Assembly: GCA_963716725.1 (NCBI GenBank)
Contig: CAVQUB010000033.1
Location: 76,665-140,664, forward strand
DNA length: 64,000 nucleotides
Origin: an uncultured delta proteobacterium
GTDB taxonomy: Bacteria; Myxococcota_A; Polyangia; Polyangiales; Polyangiaceae
Direction: 5' to 3'
Both the position numbers and the translations under genes were made by a program. Positions 29,810 through 40,042 of the stretch are shown here, piece after piece (position 1 is the first letter of the stretch; each line of letters starts with the position of its first letter). The notes under the pieces are model-generated. The model saw nothing but the letters and a program-made list of their open reading frames with translations. It did not search any database and was not told where the DNA came from.

Positions 29810-31616
29810 TCACTTGATCGTCTTGTGGACCAGACACGCAAAGCGGTCGCCGCTGTTGCAGGCGCGCTGCAGGTCCATGGTCGCTCCGGCCTTCTGGCCC
29901 TGCGCCGCGGTGACGACCCCGAGGCGCGTGCACGCGCGGCCGTCGTTCTTGGAGCACGCTTGCCGCCAGGCGCTCATGTCGGCGGCGTTTGGCATCACTC
30001 CAGAAGTCCCGCCGTACAGGACCTTCATTGCGGCGCAAGCGAAGGCATTCCGGCGCACGCACGCCATGTTGAAGCTGCGCTTGGCGCTGTCGCCACCGCC
30101 GCCGGCCTTGCCCGCCTCCAGTCGGCCCAAGTCCGCGCAGGCCTCGGCATTGCCCATGTAACAACCGCGCCGGTAGTGCATCTCGGCGATGATCGCGTTC
30201 TTGCCCGTGCCCTTGCCGGCCTCATGCATCTGCCCGAGCTCACTGCAAGCGACGCCATCCGCGCCCCGACAGGCCTTGGTGTAGAGCTGGAGCGCGACGC
30301 CCAGATCCTGAGTCACTCCGTCACCGGCTGCGTACAGGCGCGCGGCGTGGCCGCAGCTCTTGTCATAGCCGCCGTCGCAGCCGAGCTTCAGCTTTTCCGC
30401 CGCCTTAGCGGTGTCCTTGTTTGCCAGCAGGATGGCTCCCAGAAAACCGCAAGCCTCTGCGCCGCCATCGGCGCAGGCCTTGTCGAAGAGCTCGCTGGCC
30501 TTGGCCTCGTCCTTCGCCACGCCGTTTCCGTCGGCGAGCATTCGGCCTTGGTTCACGCAACCCGGCACGTCTCCGCCGGCGCAGGCCTTCTCGAAGAGCT
30601 GAGCGGCCTTGGCCGCGTCCTTGCTCGCGCCGTCTCCGGTGGCGTGCATCACGCCGAGGGCGCTGGCAGCTCCCGGCGTGGTTCTTCCCGCACTGCGCTT
30701 CACACTCGCTGGCGTTGCCCGGCTTGCATTGGTAGGCGGGCGCGTCGGCGGCCTTGGTGCACTTGCCTTCGGCCATCACCAGCCCGGCTGGGCACCCGCC
30801 CTCGCGCTTCGCCAGTTCGACCGCCGGTTCTTTGGGCGCTTTTTCGTCTGGCGCCTTCTCCTGGGTGATCGGCGCCAGCAACAGCCGCACCGGCGCGCCG
30901 CATTGATCCGGCGCGCTGTCGCCCTTGGAGGTCGCCGCCTTGCACGCGTTGAGGTCACCGTCCTTGTTTTGCACCTGGCGCTTGCTGGCCGACGCTCCGG
31001 AGGTCTCGGCGCCGAAGAACTCGGCGGCCGCCTTGGCTTCGCCGCTGGTGTTGCTCTCCATCACGAAGGCCCCGACGGTCGCGCCGCGCACGAAGTGGGT
31101 GGCGCCTTGGCACTTGCCGGCGAGATCGGCCTTGGTCGGCTCGCTCCAGGTGGTCTTCTGCTTGCCCACCATCACCATTGCCACGTCGAGCGACGAGCCG
31201 CGCTTGAGCTCCGCGCTGAGCTTCACGCCGCTGAGGGGGAGGTTCGCGCGAACTTCGTCGGAGTTGTTGAGGCGCACGACCTGCTCCTTGCGGGTCATGC
31301 CCATGTAGCCGTAGGTGCCGTCGATGCGGCAGTCCTTGAGCAGCTTGATGCCTTCGCAGCTGTAGCTGACCACCGCGACGCCTTCCTTCATCGCGATCTC
31401 GAGATCTCCGCGCTGGTCGGGCTTCCAGTCCACGACCAAGGGCTCGCCGCCCTCTCCGACGCCCGCGCATTTGCCTTCTTCGAGCGCCTCGCCGGCGGTC
31501 GCCTCCTTGGGTCGCACCGCGTTGCCGACGCCGCCGGTGCCACAGGCGGCGAGGCCGGTCGCGGCGGTGAGGGTCAGCAGCATGCGAGAAGTGAAAGCTC
31601 GGGTCCGGTTCGACAT
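29810..31616 (-). CDS. Sel1-repeat (HcpA-like) lipoprotein with one apparent frameshift near 30666
   Basis: Lipobox LAAC; the N-terminal domain (ORF 30405..31658) continues into KAC..G....C..LG repeats (ORF 29810..30703). Confidence 0.82.
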
Positions 31617-31717
31617 GGCGCGCATGATACGCCGAGCGGTGGGCCGGGGAAGGGGCACGAAACGCCGTTCGCCATGACTTTGACCGGCCCGGGACGAGCA
31701 CGTACGCTCCCCGGCGA

Positions 31718-32671
31718 ATGCGCAAACGAGCCTGGTTGGCCATCGCGATCACCGCGACTGCGGGGGCGTGCGCGTTTCATTTCAGCCTCTCATCGGCCGA
31801 AGCTCAGAGCGCACGTGGAGCCTTGGCTCATGGCCTGGCCGCGCCGGGCCAGCAACTGAGCGGGCCGGTCGTCGATGCCCTGAGGCGCGAACGCGCGGAG
31901 GCCAGCGCTCGCGAACAGGAGCGAGATCGCCTCGACGCTCAGCTTCGGCCCATGCCGGATCTCACGCAGACCGATCCCACGCTGGGTCTGCCCGGAGGCG
32001 GCGATGCTTGGTGTGGTCCGGTCGCCGTCTCGAACGCGCTGGCGTGGCTCTCGACCCAGGGGCGAGAGACGCTGATCCCCGGGGGCGATTCGCCGCGCGC
32101 CCAGCAGATCGATCTGATCCGCAAGATCGGCTCGGCGCGCTACATGGGCACGACCCCGAACGGCGGCACCGGTACCAACAACCTGCTCCGAGGTCTGCAC
32201 GCCTTCATGCGCGACAGCGGCTGGGGCTACCGACGCCTGCAGTACCAAGGCTGGCGCGGTCATCCGGCGCGCTTCACGACGCGCGTGAAGTCCGCCGAAG
32301 TCGCCTTCATCGCCCAGGCGCTGTCCGAAGGGGGGCTCGCCGTGATCCACGCGGGCTGGTACACGCCCGCCAAATGGGGCGGAGATTTCTTCCGGCGCCA
32401 TGGCGGACACTGGCTCACCGTCGTGGGCGCAAACGTCGACGAGACCGGTCACGCGGCAGAAGACACGCTGGTCGTCCACGATCCGGCGCCCTACGCCGGT
32501 GCCGAGGGAGCGCGGCACTTCGTCAAGCTCTCGACTCTGCAAACTGGCTGGCTTTTGGCCGAAGACGGCGCCTTTCCGGCCAAGGGCTACCGGAGCCTCG
32601 GGGGCGGCATGAAGATCAAAAAGGACGGCGACATTGCGGTGCTCGACGGCGCCGTGGTGCTCGTTCCCTGA
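31718..32671 (+). CDS. Exported papain-like (C39-like) cysteine peptidase-fold protein
   Basis: Q...GDAWCGPVAVSNAL (Cys), GGHWLTVVG (His), VVHDP (Asp); N-terminal signal. Confidence 0.65.
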   Translation: MRKRAWLAIAITATAGACAFHFSLSSAEAQSARGALAHGLAAPGQQLSGPVVDALRRERAEASAREQERDRLDAQLRPMPDLTQTDPTLGLPGGGDAWCGPVAVSNALAWLSTQGRETLIPGGDSPRAQQIDLIRKIGSARYMGTTPNGGTGTNNLLRGLHAFMRDSGWGYRRLQYQGWRGHPARFTTRVKSAEVAFIAQALSEGGLAVIHAGWYTPAKWGGDFFRRHGGHWLTVVGANVDETGHAAEDTLVVHDPAPYAGAEGARHFVKLSTLQTGWLLAEDGAFPAKGYRSLGGGMKIKKDGDIAVLDGAVVLVP

Positions 32672-32684
32672 GCGCTGGACACAC

Positions 32685-32701
32685 TACTACGTCTGGTAGT
32701 A
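32685..32701. promoter_or_regulatory. BlaI-type operator 1 (TACTAC-N5-GTAGTA)
   Basis: Perfect 6-5-6 inverted repeat TACTAC gtctg GTAGTA, 19 nt upstream of the BlaI-family ATG. Confidence 0.8.
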
Positions 32702-32720
32702 CATCTTGGATGTGCCGACC

Positions 32721-33110
32721 ATGTCGCTGATCCCGCTGGGCGAGCTCGAGTCCGCCGTGCTGGAGGTGCTCTGGAGCAGCCCGTCCGGGCTCCCGGTGCG
32801 CGACGTGCTGGCCCGTGTTCGGCGCAAGCCGGCCCTCGCTTACACGACGGTGCTGACGGTCCTCGACCGCCTGCACGGCAAAGGCGTGGTGGTTCGCGAG
32901 AAGGACGGCAAGGCCTATCGCTACGCGCCGACCGTGACCCGTGAGGCGTGGTTCGGCGAGCGAGCGGCTCGCGCTCTCGCCAGCGCGAAGCCCGGTGCCG
33001 ACGACGCCCTGCTGGTCGCGTTCCTCGACAGCACGGAGCGCGTCGACCCGGATCTGCTCGACAAACTCTCGGCGTTGATCGCGGCGCGGCGCAAAGGGAA
33101 GGCGAAGTGA
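32721..33110 (+). CDS. BlaI/MecI/CopY family transcriptional repressor
   Basis: LGELESAVLEVLW, LAYTTVLTVLDRLHGKGVVVREKDGKAYRY. Confidence 0.93.
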   Translation: MSLIPLGELESAVLEVLWSSPSGLPVRDVLARVRRKPALAYTTVLTVLDRLHGKGVVVREKDGKAYRYAPTVTREAWFGERAARALASAKPGADDALLVAFLDSTERVDPDLLDKLSALIAARRKGKAK

Positions 33111-34081
33111 CCTCGCTCGCTGTGACGACGGCGGCGGTGTTCGTCGCGATGACGCTGGCCGCGGGGGCGTTGGTGTCCCTCGCAGCACGTTTCGTGCGCA
33201 GAGCCGCGTGGACCCGTGCCTCCACGCCCTGGGCGCTCTCCATCGTCCTCCCCCTCGTCGTGGGGCTGCTCGGCTGCGTCGCGCTGGTATTGCCGACCTC
33301 GCTCACCGGGTGCCACTGCCTCACGCACGCTCACCACCCTCATGTGTGCCTCGCGCACGCGGCCCTCGCTGAGCCGCTGCTCATGCCCGCGCTGGCGTTG
33401 CTCGGGGTCTGGTTCGTGTTCGCGCTGCCCGGTGCAATTCGGTTGACGCTTGCGCTGCTCGAGTCCTCCGGCCGGATCCGCCAGGTCCGCCGCATCACGC
33501 CGGAGCGAATCGGTGAGATCGACGTGCGCTTCGTGGATTCGGGCATGCCCACGGCCTTCACGGCCGGTGCCCTCTCGCCGGTCATCGTCTTCGATCGCGC
33601 GCTCTGGGCCGCGCTGGGCGAACGGGATCGCGATGTGGTGTTGCAGCACGAGAGGGGCCACGTCGAGCGCGGCGATCCGCTCACCTCGCTGGTGCTGCGC
33701 GGCTGCCTGGCCCTGCAACCTTGGCTGCCCCGCTCGCTGTTTTCCCGCTGGAAGCACGCAGCGGAGTTGCACTGCGACCGCCACGCTGCCGAACGGATCG
33801 GCGACGCCTCCGCGGCCGCCGAGGCGCTGGTCAGCGTGGGTCGATTGCGGATCACGCCGCCACGTCCTGACGAGGCGTTGCTCGGGGTGTTCGGCGCTGA
33901 AGGGATCGAAGACCGCGTCTCGGCGCTGCTCGACGACGAGCGCGGCGCGCGCGCTTCGCGGCGCAACGACGTGATCGCGATCTTGGTCCCAGCCTTGGGC
34001 GCGCTGGCGCTCGTCTTGGTGTGGCCCGGGGATCTCCTCCACCACGCCGTCGAGTCCGTGATCGGGCTTTTGCACCGCTGA
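33107..34081 (+). CDS. M56 (BlaR1-like) membrane zinc peptidase lacking a penicillin-binding sensor domain
   Basis: Transmembrane helices, AFTAG, VLQHERGH (HExxH), ELHCDRHA, IEDRV; GTGA overlap with the BlaI-family gene. Confidence 0.88.
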   Translation: MTSLAVTTAAVFVAMTLAAGALVSLAARFVRRAAWTRASTPWALSIVLPLVVGLLGCVALVLPTSLTGCHCLTHAHHPHVCLAHAALAEPLLMPALALLGVWFVFALPGAIRLTLALLESSGRIRQVRRITPERIGEIDVRFVDSGMPTAFTAGALSPVIVFDRALWAALGERDRDVVLQHERGHVERGDPLTSLVLRGCLALQPWLPRSLFSRWKHAAELHCDRHAAERIGDASAAAEALVSVGRLRITPPRPDEALLGVFGAEGIEDRVSALLDDERGARASRRNDVIAILVPALGALALVLVWPGDLLHHAVESVIGLLHR

Positions 34082-34092
34082 GGGGATCTGCA

Positions 34093-35400
34093 ATGCGGCC
34101 AATGAATCGAGCAGCCATATTTTCAAGTACTACGCGGCGTAGTATTGCCGCCGCGGGCGCGCTGCTGCTGCTCGCGGTCGCGCGCCCTGCGCCCGCTGAC
34201 GTGGCGCTCGACGAGACGGGGGGCGCGGCTCGGATCTGCGGCGCCGGGCCGACCCGCACCGTGGCACGCGCCCTCGTCGCGCGCGCCGAAGCCGAGACCG
34301 AGGCCGCCAAGGTGCTGCCCAATCCCGAGCTCGTGGTCGAGCACGAGCGCATCTTCACTTCGGGCGGAGGCCACGAGACCACTGCCGGTGTGGGCGTGCC
34401 CCTGGGCATTGGGGGCCGCCGCTCCCTCGTGCGCGAAGCCGCCGGGGTCCGCCGGTCCGCCGCGCGCGCGGAGGCGAGCTTGCTGTTGATCCAGCAGTCC
34501 CTCGAGTTTCGAGCGCGTTTCGTCGAAGCCGCCACCGGGGCCGCGCGGGTGGAGGTCTTGGAAGAGCAGCAGCGTGCGCTGGACGATCTCGCCAGGATCA
34601 TTCGTGCGTTGTCCAAGGGCGGCGAGGTGGCGGGCTACGACCTGCTCCGACAACAAACGCAAGCGCGAGCGCATCTCCGCACGCTGAGTGGAGCCAAGGG
34701 TCGCGCCGCCTCATCGCGGCGCTGGCTCGAAGCCTGGGCCCAGTCGCCGGTGCGGCTGCCGACCGGGGATCTCGCGGGGCTTGGCGGGGGCGCGGGCGTC
34801 TTGGCCAAGGTCAGTGCTGCGCGTCGCAGCGAGCACCCGCGTGTCCGCGCCCTCGAAGCGAACGCTCAGGCCGCCGGCCTCGAGGCCCGCGCCGCGCGCC
34901 GCCGCGCCGTGCCCGACATCGGGGTCTTCCTCGGCTATCGCACGGTCACCGAGGGCTCAGGGGGGAGCGCGCGGACCGGTCACGGCCTGCGCGCGGGAGT
35001 GACCGTACCGCTGACCTTCTTCGACCACGGGCAAGGCGAGGCCGCGCGTGCCGACGCCGAGGCCCTGGTCGCTCGGTCCACTGCCTCGCACTTTCGTCGC
35101 GACGGATTTGCCCGAATCGACGCGCTCTCCGCACAGCTCGCGTTGCTCGAGAAGAGCCGGCCCGACGCGGCGCTGACCGCGAGGGACGCGAACGTGGTGC
35201 GAGACAAAGCCAAGCAGCTGTACGCCGCGGGTGAGCTCTCGATCACAGAGCTCCTCGAGGCCTTCCGGGCCGCGGAGGAGGCGCAGCTGGCGCGGATCGA
35301 ACTGGCCGAAGAGATCGCCGCCACCCGGCTCGGGCTGATGCGCGCGCTCGGCACACAGCTCGATCCTCGGCTCGATGCCGCCTGCGGGAACCAACCGTGA
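34093..35400 (+). CDS. TolC/CzcC-family outer membrane efflux protein (start 34093 or 34102)
   Basis: Signal peptide, LPNPEL, HPRVRA, VPLTFFDHGQG, YAAGELSITELL. Confidence 0.85.
   Translation: MRPMNRAAIFSSTTRRSIAAAGALLLLAVARPAPADVALDETGGAARICGAGPTRTVARALVARAEAETEAAKVLPNPELVVEHERIFTSGGGHETTAGVGVPLGIGGRRSLVREAAGVRRSAARAEASLLLIQQSLEFRARFVEAATGAARVEVLEEQQRALDDLARIIRALSKGGEVAGYDLLRQQTQARAHLRTLSGAKGRAASSRRWLEAWAQSPVRLPTGDLAGLGGGAGVLAKVSAARRSEHPRVRALEANAQAAGLEARAARRRAVPDIGVFLGYRTVTEGSGGSARTGHGLRAGVTVPLTFFDHGQGEAARADAEALVARSTASHFRRDGFARIDALSAQLALLEKSRPDAALTARDANVVRDKAKQLYAAGELSITELLEAFRAAEEAQLARIELAEEIAATRLGLMRALGTQLDPRLDAACGNQP
34128..34144. promoter_or_regulatory. BlaI-type operator 2 (TACTAC-N5-GTAGTA)
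   Basis: TACTAC gcggc GTAGTA, with arms identical to operator 1, at the 5' end of the efflux operon. Confidence 0.75.
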
Positions 35401-36920
35401 TGCGCTGCGCGCTGCTGCTCGTGGTCATCATCATCGTCGCCGGGTGCGGGCGCGACGCCACCCACGATGGTCATGATCACGGGTCGGCGAAGGGCGAGGC
35501 CGAGCCCCTGTCGATCACCCAGTGGACCGAGAAGCACGAGCTCTTCGTGGAGTTCCCTGTCCCGGTGGCCGGCAAGCTGGTCGAATACCACGCGCACGTG
35601 ACCTCCCTCGACGGCTTCCGGCCGCTGACCGAGGGCAGCTTCCAGGTGCGCTGGCTGACGCCCGCGGGCGTTGCCGCCGAGACCAAGGTCGATGGCGTCA
35701 AGCGCGCGGGGATCTTCACGCCCGCCGGGCCCGCACCCGCGGCGGGGACGTACACGCTGAAGATGAGCGTCCAGCACGGGGCCGTCAGCGACGAGTTCGA
35801 CTGCGGGAGCATCGTCGTTGGGGACTCGGCGGGCCCGCCGGAGGCCGAAGCGCCGAGCGCGACCATCACCTTCTTGAAAGAGTCGCAGTGGAAGATCGCG
35901 TTCGGCACCGCGAGGGCCAGCGAGCGTCCGTTGACGAAAGAGATCGAGCTGCCCGCCACTGTGGAGCCGGCGGGCACCGACCAATTGGTGATCGGCGCAC
36001 CGACCGGTGGACGTTTCTTCCACAACCCAAAGATCGGGCTGGCCGAAGGTCGCCCGATCCGCAAGGGGGACGTGGTCGGGAGCGTCGCGCCCACGGTCGC
36101 CGGTGAGGACTACAGCCGACTCACGCTCGCCGTCGACGAAGCGCGGCTCGCGCTGGGCCAAGTCGAGCGAGAGACCAAGCGGGTGGAGCCCTTGGTGATG
36201 GAGGGGCTGCTGCCGGAGCGGCGGCTGCTCGAGCTGCGGAACGAGCGCGAGACCCAGAGCGCGCGCTTGTCGGCGGCCAAGAGCCGCGTGGGGCGCGTCT
36301 TGGCGCCGGGAGGCGCGGGCGGCTTGCCGATCCGATCGACCATCGCCGGCATCGTCTCGCGGGTCCTGATCCCCAACGGGGAGCCGGTCGACGCCGGGGC
36401 GGCGCTGCTGCGCATCGGCGGGACCAGCAGCGTGTGGGTGAGATTGCGGTTCGTGGCACGACCCGCCGCGGAGCTGGCGGGCGCGTCAGCCGCCGGCGTG
36501 CGGTTGCCGAACGGGTCGCGCCTCGACATCGCCAGTGCGGGCGCGCGACTGCTCTCGGTCGCTCCAGTCATCGATCCGGCATCACGTATCGCCACCTGGG
36601 TGATCGAGGTGCCGCCCGCAAAGGACCAGGCGTCCCTCGAGGCGGGCATGCAGGTGGTAGTCATGCTGGGGATCGGCAAGCCCCGCACGGTGCTGGCGGT
36701 GCCGAAGAGCGCGGTGGTCGAGATCAACACCCGTCCATTCGTCTTCGTGCAGGTGGACGGTGAGCACTTCGAGAAGCGTGCGGTGACCCTCGGTGACGCC
36801 GACGCGGCGCACGTCGAGATCAGCTCCGGCGTCGCCGTGGGCGAGCGCGTCGTGACCACCGGGGGCTTCGACGTTCACCTCGGCTCGCTGATGGGCAGCG
36901 TCGAGTCGCACCGACACTAG
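35397..36920 (+). CDS. RND efflux periplasmic adaptor (CzcB-like)
   Basis: Lipobox VAGC, His-rich THDGHDHG, ELFVEFP, FLKESQW, LAVPKSAV, GERVVTTG, C-terminal HRH. Confidence 0.9.
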   Translation: MMRCALLLVVIIIVAGCGRDATHDGHDHGSAKGEAEPLSITQWTEKHELFVEFPVPVAGKLVEYHAHVTSLDGFRPLTEGSFQVRWLTPAGVAAETKVDGVKRAGIFTPAGPAPAAGTYTLKMSVQHGAVSDEFDCGSIVVGDSAGPPEAEAPSATITFLKESQWKIAFGTARASERPLTKEIELPATVEPAGTDQLVIGAPTGGRFFHNPKIGLAEGRPIRKGDVVGSVAPTVAGEDYSRLTLAVDEARLALGQVERETKRVEPLVMEGLLPERRLLELRNERETQSARLSAAKSRVGRVLAPGGAGGLPIRSTIAGIVSRVLIPNGEPVDAGAALLRIGGTSSVWVRLRFVARPAAELAGASAAGVRLPNGSRLDIASAGARLLSVAPVIDPASRIATWVIEVPPAKDQASLEAGMQVVVMLGIGKPRTVLAVPKSAVVEINTRPFVFVQVDGEHFEKRAVTLGDADAAHVEISSGVAVGERVVTTGGFDVHLGSLMGSVESHRH

Positions 36921-36928
36921 GAGCCTCA

Positions 36929-39900
36929 GTGTTCGACGCGATCATCCGAGGCTCACTCCGGCACGTCTGGCTGGTCATCGCCGCCACGTTGGTGCTGGTC
37001 GGCCTCGGCATCAACGCGCTCCGTCGGATGCCCGTCGACGTGCTCCCGGAGCTCGCCGCGCCCTCGGTGACGGTGGTGACCGAGACCGGCGGCATGGCGC
37101 CGGAGGAGGTCGAGAAGCTGGTCACGGTGCCCCTCGAGCAGGCGCTGAACGGCGCGCCGGGCCTGCGGCGGCTCCGCTCGAGCTCCGTCGTCGGCGTCTC
37201 GCTGATCTGGGTCGAGTTCGACTGGGACGTCGCGCCGCTCACCGCACGTCAGGTCGTTGCCGAGAAGCTCGCGGCTTCGCGCTCCACGCTCCCTCGGGGC
37301 ATCGAGCCGCTGATGTCGCCGGCCTCCTCGATCATGGGGGAGATCATGTTCGTCGCGCTGACCGGGAGCGACGACGTCAGCGACACCGCGCTGCGTGACG
37401 CGGCCGAGTGGCAGGTCCGCCGGCGTCTCTTGTCGGTGCCCGGAGTCGCCCAGGTCGTGCCGATTGGCGGCGCGGTGAAGCAGGTCCAGATCGAGCTGTC
37501 GCCCAACGCGCTCATGCAAGCGCGGGTCGGGGTTCAGCAGGTGCTCGCGGCGCTGGATGGCGTTTCGGACAGCACGCCGGGTGGCTTCCACGTCGCGGGT
37601 GACCAGGAGTACCTGATCCGCGGGGTCGGCCGCTCCGCGAGCCTGGACGATCTTCGGCAGACGGTCATCGGTGAGCGCGACGGCGTGAATATCTTGCTGC
37701 GCGATGTGGCCAAGGTCGACTTCGGCGAGGCCATCCGTCGCGGTGCTGCCGCCGCCGACGGGAAGCGCGCCGTGGTGCTCAAGGTGCAGAAGCAGCCTCA
37801 GGCCAACACGCTCGAGCTCACCGAGCGCGTGGACGAGGCGCTGAGCGCCCTCGAGCCGGGGCTTCCTCCCGGGATTTCGCTGCACCGAAAGGGCTTCCGA
37901 CAAGCCGACTTCATCAAGGTGGCGCTCAAGAACGTGAACGCCTTGCTGCGGGACGGCGCGATCTTGGTGGTGATCGTGCTCGCGCTGTTCTTGATGAGCT
38001 GGCGCACCACGCTCATCTCGGTGCTCGCGCTGCCGCTCTCGCTCTTGGCGGGCATCGTGGTCTTGCACCTGAGCGGCGCGTCCATCAACACCATGACGCT
38101 GGGCGGGCTCGCCATCGCCATCGGTGAGCTGGTCGACGACGCCATCATCGACGTCGAGAACGTGTACCGGAGGCTGCGCGAGAACGCGGCGCTGCCCGAG
38201 GCCGAGCGGCGGCCGACGCGGGAGGTGGTGTACCTGGCGTCGCGTGAGATCCGCGGGTCGGTGGTGTTCGCCACGCTGATCATCTTGATGGTCTTCGCGC
38301 CGCTGTTCTTTTTGAGCGGGATCGAAGGCCGGCTGCTCGTGCCCCTCGGCGTGGCCTACGTGACGAGCATCTCCGCTTCGCTGGTGGTCGCGCTCAGCAT
38401 CACGCCGGTGCTGTGCTGGTTGCTGCTCGGGCGCACGGGATCTGCGCTGGCGGCGGACGGCCGAGTGGTCCGAACTCTGAAGGGCGTCTACCGCCCCACG
38501 GTCCGCGCGACGCTGCGCTACCCCGTGCCCATCGCCTTGGCTTCGATTTGCGGCGCAGCGGCGGCGATGATCGCCCTGGCCAACTTCGGGCGCAGCTTCT
38601 TGCCCGAGTTCAACGAGGGATCGCTCAACATCGCCGCGGCCACCGCGCCGGGAACCTCTCTGGAGACCTCGAACGCCATCGTCGGCCGACTCGAGCGCTA
38701 CCTGGTCGAGCACCCTGCGGTGACCTCGGTGATCCGCAGCACTGGGCGGGCCGAACGTGACGAGCACGCGATGGACGTCAATTTCTCCGAGCTCGAGGTC
38801 GGGCTGAAATTGAAGCGGGGTCAGCGCGAGGAGGTCTTGCGGGACATCCGCCAGCACGTCACCGGGATCCCTGGCCTGTCGGTCAACGTCGGCCAACCCA
38901 TCAGCCATCGCATCGAGCACCTGGTCAGCGGGGTCCGCGCCAGCGTTGCCGTCAAGATCTTCGGCCAGGATCTCGACCAGCTCCGAACGCTCGGTCAGCG
39001 CGCCGAGGCGACGCTGGGCTCGGTGCCCGGACTGGTCGACGTGGCGCTGGAACAACAGACGGAGATCCCGCAGATCGTGATCCGGCCCAAGGCGACGGAG
39101 CTCGGCGCCTTCGGGCTGACTCCGGGCGAGCTGTCGCGTTTCGTGGAGACCGCGATGGTCGGCCGGAAGGTCGCCGACTTCTGGCAGGCCGAGCGGGTTC
39201 ACGACGTCGTGGTCCGCTTTCCCGAGAGCCACCGATCGGACTTCGAGTCACTGGCCCGTACCCCGGTCGATGTGCGAGGGGAACGCTTCGCGGAGCTCCG
39301 CTCGATAGCGCGGGTGGAGAAGACCATGGGGCCGAACCTGATCAACCGCGAGAACGTCCAGCGCCGGATCTTGGTCACCGCCAACGTCTCCGGGCGCGAC
39401 GTGAAGAGCGCCGCGGCTGACGCGCTGGCGGCCGTGAAAAATGGCGTGCCCATGCCGCCGGGCTACCACGTCGAGCTGGGCGGGGAGTTCGAGCGAGAGG
39501 CCGCCGCGACTCGCACCATCGTCGCGCTCTCGGCCCTGGCCATCGTCGGTATGTTCGCCCTGCTCTGGGTGGCCTTCCGTTCGTGGCGGGACGCGCTGAT
39601 GGTGATGGTGAACCTGCCCCTCGCGCTGGTGGGCGGGGTCGTCGCGGTCTGGATCGGCGGCGCCGTGGTGACGCTGGCCTCGCTGGTGGGCTTCATCACC
39701 CTCTTCGGCATCGCCGCGCGAAACGGCATCATGATGCTGACCCACTACCGTCACCTGCTGCGAGCTGGGTACAGCACCGAAGCCGCGGTGCTCGCCGGGA
39801 GCGTCGAGCGGCTGGTGCCGATCCTGATGACCGCGCTCACCGCGGCCTTGGCGCTGATCCCCATCGTGCTCAGCGCCGGCGAGCCCGGTGCCGAGCTTCA

Positions 39901-40033
39901 GGCGCCCATGTCAGCGGTGATCTTGGGCGGTCTGACCAGCTCGACCCTGCTCAACCTGCTGGTGATTCCGGCATTGTTTGCGCGATTCTCTCGGCCCACG
40001 CCGGCGCTCGCCGAATCGCCCGCGGTCGGCTAG
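36929..40033 (+). CDS. Heavy-metal efflux RND permease (CzcA/CusA family)
   Basis: MPVDVLPE, NTMTLGGLAIAIGELVDDAIIDVEN, FLPEFNEG, GQPISHRI, ERLVPILMTA. Confidence 0.95.
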   Translation: MFDAIIRGSLRHVWLVIAATLVLVGLGINALRRMPVDVLPELAAPSVTVVTETGGMAPEEVEKLVTVPLEQALNGAPGLRRLRSSSVVGVSLIWVEFDWDVAPLTARQVVAEKLAASRSTLPRGIEPLMSPASSIMGEIMFVALTGSDDVSDTALRDAAEWQVRRRLLSVPGVAQVVPIGGAVKQVQIELSPNALMQARVGVQQVLAALDGVSDSTPGGFHVAGDQEYLIRGVGRSASLDDLRQTVIGERDGVNILLRDVAKVDFGEAIRRGAAAADGKRAVVLKVQKQPQANTLELTERVDEALSALEPGLPPGISLHRKGFRQADFIKVALKNVNALLRDGAILVVIVLALFLMSWRTTLISVLALPLSLLAGIVVLHLSGASINTMTLGGLAIAIGELVDDAIIDVENVYRRLRENAALPEAERRPTREVVYLASREIRGSVVFATLIILMVFAPLFFLSGIEGRLLVPLGVAYVTSISASLVVALSITPVLCWLLLGRTGSALAADGRVVRTLKGVYRPTVRATLRYPVPIALASICGAAAAMIALANFGRSFLPEFNEGSLNIAAATAPGTSLETSNAIVGRLERYLVEHPAVTSVIRSTGRAERDEHAMDVNFSELEVGLKLKRGQREEVLRDIRQHVTGIPGLSVNVGQPISHRIEHLVSGVRASVAVKIFGQDLDQLRTLGQRAEATLGSVPGLVDVALEQQTEIPQIVIRPKATELGAFGLTPGELSRFVETAMVGRKVADFWQAERVHDVVVRFPESHRSDFESLARTPVDVRGERFAELRSIARVEKTMGPNLINRENVQRRILVTANVSGRDVKSAAADALAAVKNGVPMPPGYHVELGGEFEREAAATRTIVALSALAIVGMFALLWVAFRSWRDALMVMVNLPLALVGGVVAVWIGGAVVTLASLVGFITLFGIAARNGIMMLTHYRHLLRAGYSTEAAVLAGSVERLVPILMTALTAALALIPIVLSAGEPGAELQAPMSAVILGGLTSSTLLNLLVIPALFARFSRPTPALAESPAVG

Positions 40034-40042
40034 CTTTCCGGC

